Shown here in pieces: positions 28,267-31,970 of a stretch of 31,970 nucleotides of DNA. The position numbers were made by a program, and so were the translations under genes. The notes below the pieces were generated by a model, which saw nothing but the letters and a program-made list of their open reading frames with translations, ran no database searches and was not told the DNA's origin. Origin of the DNA: Candidatus Heimdallarchaeota archaeon B3_Heim (GTDB lineage Archaea; Asgardarchaeota; Heimdallarchaeia; Hodarchaeales; Hodarchaeaceae); the NCBI GenBank assembly GCA_003144275.1, contig NJBF01000041.1, positions 1 to 31,970 of the forward strand, read 5' to 3'. Position 1 is the stretch's first letter. Each line of letters starts with the position of its first letter.

Positions 28267-29401
28267 AAGAAAAAATGATGTTGAGACGAACATTGATCCA
28301 GGTTTAAGGGGGATTAACATAGGAACAACTGCTATCTGTCCTGTTGGGGAAAAAGAAGTACATTTATCGTACAGAGGTTATACTATTGAAGAATTAGCTA
28401 GATTCAGTACTTTTGAGGAAGTATCTTATCTTCTAATTAATAAAGATCTTCCAACTAAAGAACAATTATCAGAATGGTCTCAACTCCTTAAAACAAATCG
28501 GAATTTACCAAAATCTCTTTGTAAAATTCTTGATTCGTTACCAAACAATTCCCATTTAATGTCTGTATTACGGACTGCAGTCTCATCATTAGGTGTATTA
28601 GAACCAGAGATAAATAAAGATAGTAAAAATCATGCTATTCGAATCTTAGGTATTTTACCAAGCGTTCTTGGTTTCTGGGAAAATAAAAGGGGAATTTACA
28701 GTCAAGAAATTCCGATTGGTTCGACAGAAGGTACTATTGCTGGTTACCTTCTACATGCTATTACTGGGAATCGTCCTACAGAAGTGAATAGACGGACACT
28801 TGATAAGTCATTAATTTTATATGCTGAACACGAATATGCAGCTTCTACATATGCTGCTAGAGTCTGCGCTTCAACTTTAGCCGATTATTATTCGTGTATA
28901 ACAACTGGTATCGGAACAATTTCGGGACCTCTCAACGGAGGAGCGAATGAAGAAGCTATTAAACTGTTATTAAGCTTTAAAGACGCTGATGAAGCGGAAA
29001 GAGTGATAAGACAGAGACTCCAGGAGAAAGAACTTATAATGGGATTCGGACATGCGGTTTACGCAGACTTCGATCCTCGCTCTGTAGTAATTAAGGAACA
29101 AGCACTAGAAATTGCAAGAAACCAGACCAAATTTAAAAATCTCTATGATATAGCAGAAGCTATTGAACATGTAATGTGGGAAAAAACACTTTTTCCAAAT
29201 TTAGATTTCTACACTGCAGCTGTCTATCATATGATGGATATAAATCCAAGTTTATTTACACCAATATTTGTTATTAGTCGTTCATGTGGATGGGCTGCTC
29301 ATATTATGGAACAACGTGAAACAAACAAATTAGTTCGTCCAACCGCGAAATATATTGGTCCAAAGAAGAGAAAATACATTCCAATTTCTGAAAGAACGTA
29401 A
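28259..29401 (+). CDS. prpC: 2-methylcitrate synthase homolog with a non-canonical (ATA) start and degenerate active site
   Basis: The frame is open from 28247. [17 protein letters not shown] and FEEVSYLL lie upstream of the track's ATG 28559. Downstream motifs are [30 protein letters not shown] and GWAAHIMEQ. Located between prpB and prpD. Confidence 0.85.
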   Translation: MPKRKNDVETNIDPGLRGINIGTTAICPVGEKEVHLSYRGYTIEELARFSTFEEVSYLLINKDLPTKEQLSEWSQLLKTNRNLPKSLCKILDSLPNNSHLMSVLRTAVSSLGVLEPEINKDSKNHAIRILGILPSVLGFWENKRGIYSQEIPIGSTEGTIAGYLLHAITGNRPTEVNRRTLDKSLILYAEHEYAASTYAARVCASTLADYYSCITTGIGTISGPLNGGANEEAIKLLLSFKDADEAERVIRQRLQEKELIMGFGHAVYADFDPRSVVIKEQALEIARNQTKFKNLYDIAEAIEHVMWEKTLFPNLDFYTAAVYHMMDINPSLFTPIFVISRSCGWAAHIMEQRETNKLVRPTAKYIGPKKRKYIPISERT

Positions 29402-29443
29402 TTTATTAGTTAACCGTTATTATTTCAATGAATAAAAGAGAAG

Positions 29444-30895
29444 ATGATTCAAAAAATGTCACGTATTATCGACAAAGAAATGGTTGATATCGCAAAATAT
29501 GTACTTGAATACACACCTAGATCTGAAGAAGCCTATAACACTGCTCGACTTTGTTTAATGGATAGTATCGGTTCTGCAGTATTAGCATTAAATTTCCCTG
29601 AATGTACAAAAATGTTGGGCCCTATCGTACCTGGTACATTTGTACCGAACGGAGCTCGTGTACCAGGAACACTATTTGAATTAGACCCAATTACAGCAGC
29701 ATTTAATATAGGAGTACTAATTCGATGGTTAGACTACAATGATACGTGGCTCGCAGCTGAATGGGGGCATCCTAGTGATAACTTAGGTGCTATTTTAAGC
29801 CTGGGTGATTACATTTCACGTAAAAATGTTTCCAACGGACTTGAACCACTTGTTATGAGAGATATATTCACCTGGATGATCAAAGCTTACGAAATCCAAG
29901 GTTGTATGGCGTTAGAAAATAGTTTCAACAAAAGAGGAATAGATCATGTAATTCTGGTAAAACTCGCTAGTGCAGCTGTAGCAGCAGGAATGCTCGGTGG
30001 CAGCGAAAAACAGGTGATTAATACAATATCCCAAGTTTGGTGTGATTTGGGGGCTTTAAGAACTTATCGTCATGCTCCAAATACAGGATCACGCAAGAGT
30101 TGGGCAGCAGGAGATGCTACTAGTCGTGGAGTGTTTTTTGCTCTACAATCCTTACGAGGAGAAATGGGTTACGATACCTGTTTGACTGCTCCAAAATGGG
30201 GATTTTATGACCGAATCTGGGATGGTGAGCGATTTGATTTTCAAAGATCGTACGAAAGTTATGTCATTGAGAACATTTTATTCAAGATCTCGTATCCTGC
30301 AGAATTTCACGGTCAAACAGCTGTTGAAGCAAGTATCAGGTTACATTCAAGTATTAAAGATCGGTTAGCTGAAATTGAGAGAATTGAAATTATAACACAT
30401 GAAGCAGCAGTTCGCATTATTGATAAAAAGGGTGAACTTCAGAATCCAGCTGATCGTGATCATTGCCTCCAATATATGGTTGCAATAGGCTTGTTATTCG
30501 GCAATCTAGAATATAAAGATTATGAATCTGAACAAGCATCAGATTCACGAATTGATACATTACGTGAGAAGATGATTGTACGTGAAAATCTTCAATATAC
30601 GAAAGATTATCACGACCCCAATAAACGTTCTATAGCTAACTCTGTTCAGGTATTTTTCGACGATGGATCTACTACAGACGTCATTGAAATACTTTACCCT
30701 CTTGGACATAGAAAACGACGTAATGAAGCTACTCCACTGTTAAAAGAGAAGTGTAGAAATAACTTAACTTCAAGATATCCAGCTGACAGGGTGGAGAGGA
30801 TCTTAACGCTTTTTGAAACTCAGGAAAAATTAGAACAAACTCCGGTCCACTTGTTTCTTGAGCTTCTCTCCATAAACTCTCTATTCACCTCCTAG
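29444..30895 (+). CDS. prpD: 2-methylcitrate dehydratase
   Basis: RWLDYNDTWLAAEWGHPSDN, RTYRHAPNTGSRKSWAAGDA, KISYPAEFHGQTAVEA, NPADRDHCLQY, YPLGHRKRR. Confidence 0.96.
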   Translation: MIQKMSRIIDKEMVDIAKYVLEYTPRSEEAYNTARLCLMDSIGSAVLALNFPECTKMLGPIVPGTFVPNGARVPGTLFELDPITAAFNIGVLIRWLDYNDTWLAAEWGHPSDNLGAILSLGDYISRKNVSNGLEPLVMRDIFTWMIKAYEIQGCMALENSFNKRGIDHVILVKLASAAVAAGMLGGSEKQVINTISQVWCDLGALRTYRHAPNTGSRKSWAAGDATSRGVFFALQSLRGEMGYDTCLTAPKWGFYDRIWDGERFDFQRSYESYVIENILFKISYPAEFHGQTAVEASIRLHSSIKDRLAEIERIEIITHEAAVRIIDKKGELQNPADRDHCLQYMVAIGLLFGNLEYKDYESEQASDSRIDTLREKMIVRENLQYTKDYHDPNKRSIANSVQVFFDDGSTTDVIEILYPLGHRKRRNEATPLLKEKCRNNLTSRYPADRVERILTLFETQEKLEQTPVHLFLELLSINSLFTS

Positions 30896-31013
30896 GTGGT
30901 GATTTAAGAGAGAAAGTCAGTTTGTATCTCACATTAGGAATAACAAAAACCCTTTGATTTATCCTAGAATTTCCTTCATTTTCTCAGTGATCTGTGAAAA
31001 GAAAAAAGAGGAA

Positions 31014-31703
31014 TTAAAGAATATTAGTGTTATTTAACTCTCTCTCAATTAGAATTGGGGTATCAGCTCCTATTATGAGGAGCGAAGAATCGTGGTCTCT
31101 AATAGCCATTATCCATAATAAGGCCAATAGCTCACTGGAAGTTAAATTGAGTTGTTGTCCCATTGCATAATATGCTAGCTTTTCTGCAGACAGGGTTATA
31201 TTTACAGCTATGGCTTGAGCTTCCATTGAAATAATGTAGGTTTCTGCGGTCGCTTCTGCAGATAGTACAGTGATATTGGCTTGTGCCTGAGCTTCTATAA
31301 TGGCTGTTTGAGCTCGTACGATAGCAGCTTCTTGCTCATACAAAGCTATTTGATATTGTTGTTGGGCAATCTGTACCTGTTTTAACGCTTCTTCAAACTC
31401 ATCGGGGAGATCTATCTCTCTCATTTGGAAAAACACTACATTAACAAACATATTTTGTAAATCTGTTTCCAAAAATATTTCCATGGTCTCTGATATTACG
31501 GTTCGATTTGTAAAAAACTCAATAGCGGGATAAAAACTCACAACATCTCGTAATGTTGTTCGAGCTTGTCCTACAAAACGATCCTCATAGTCTAAACCGA
31601 AAGTTCCATACAAAAGCAAAATATCGTCCTTTTGTAAACGATAATGAAAAGCTAATTGTATGTGGATCAACAAACCATCTTCAGTACGTGAATTTAAGGG
31701 TTG
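31014..31703 (-). pseudogene. SPFH/prohibitin (band-7) domain gene lacking an intact 5' end
   Basis: PLNSRTEDGLLIHIQLAFHYRL and FQMREIDLPDEFEEAL followed by an Ala/Gln-rich coiled coil. Homology begins at 31703 directly after an in-frame TAA (31704-31706), and no ATG or N-terminal TM segment is in frame. Confidence 0.65.
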
Positions 31704-31970
31704 TTAACTATCTATTGAATAATAGCCAAATATAGATAATTATAGACAAATAGGAAAAGTAAATTTCAAGGGGAAAAGGGAAACAAAAAGCGAGACAACA
31801 AAGGAAGAGCGAGTAGAGACCAAAATCTAGAATTAATAGAGGGATAAACGGATCTCATGAGATTATAGCTCCAACGGTGAACTAATTAACCTCTTAATAT
31901 TAAAATAATGGAAAATTAGCAATTTTGATTTAGATCACGTGGCCTAGTAGGTTTATAAGAAGAAAAGCGC

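Noticed and set aside
28275-28307. ATGATG as the start of prpC
   Set aside because: Out of frame; it closes after 10 codons ([10 protein letters not shown]).
1957-31735. Short antisense or alternative-frame ORFs in the track (for example 1957-2142, 3095-3388, 9074-9454, 10064-10381, 11071-11271, 13640-13858, 14858-15166, 26044-26415, 27750-28202, 31553-31735)
   Set aside because: They are shadows of long real genes or low-complexity intergenic frames, with no motifs or translation signals.
1-31970. CRISPR arrays, IS elements, rRNA or tRNA genes
   Set aside because: No regularly spaced repeats, transposase motifs, terminal inverted repeats or structured RNA genes were seen.

Overview
An AT-rich chromosomal window that looks like an Asgard archaeon, probably Heimdallarchaeia. 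The assignment is inferred from a eukaryote-like actin, a longin/uDENN-like protein, an archaeal PDO, a PolB3-like polymerase and TATA/BRE promoters. In order it carries: a 1957-aa membrane-anchored alpha-2-macroglobulin-type thioester protein, a family B DNA polymerase, a gamma-carbonic-anhydrase-like protein, a polytopic membrane protein head-to-head with actin, a duplicated GbsR/MarR regulator with an ABC-2 exporter, a surface zincin protease, a longin-like protein, an ArsR/PDO/thioredoxin redox module, an orphan DUF1156 adenine methyltransferase, a Zn-ribbon/Pro-rich/coiled-coil protein, tldE-tldD, DsrE, a proteobacterial-type prpB-prpC-prpD methylcitrate operon and a 5'-broken SPFH gene. 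Several things are not shown by the ORF track. prpC extends 100 codons upstream to an ATA where ATG is expected and has lost its catalytic His. PolB has Tyr->Cys in motif B, and the gamma-CA has lost a Zn-ligand His. A GC-rich structured element lies upstream of actin, and a relic copy of the ArsR 3' end sits in an intergenic gap. No rRNA, tRNA, CRISPR array or transposase was found. All family assignments come from motif recognition by eye; no database searches were run.
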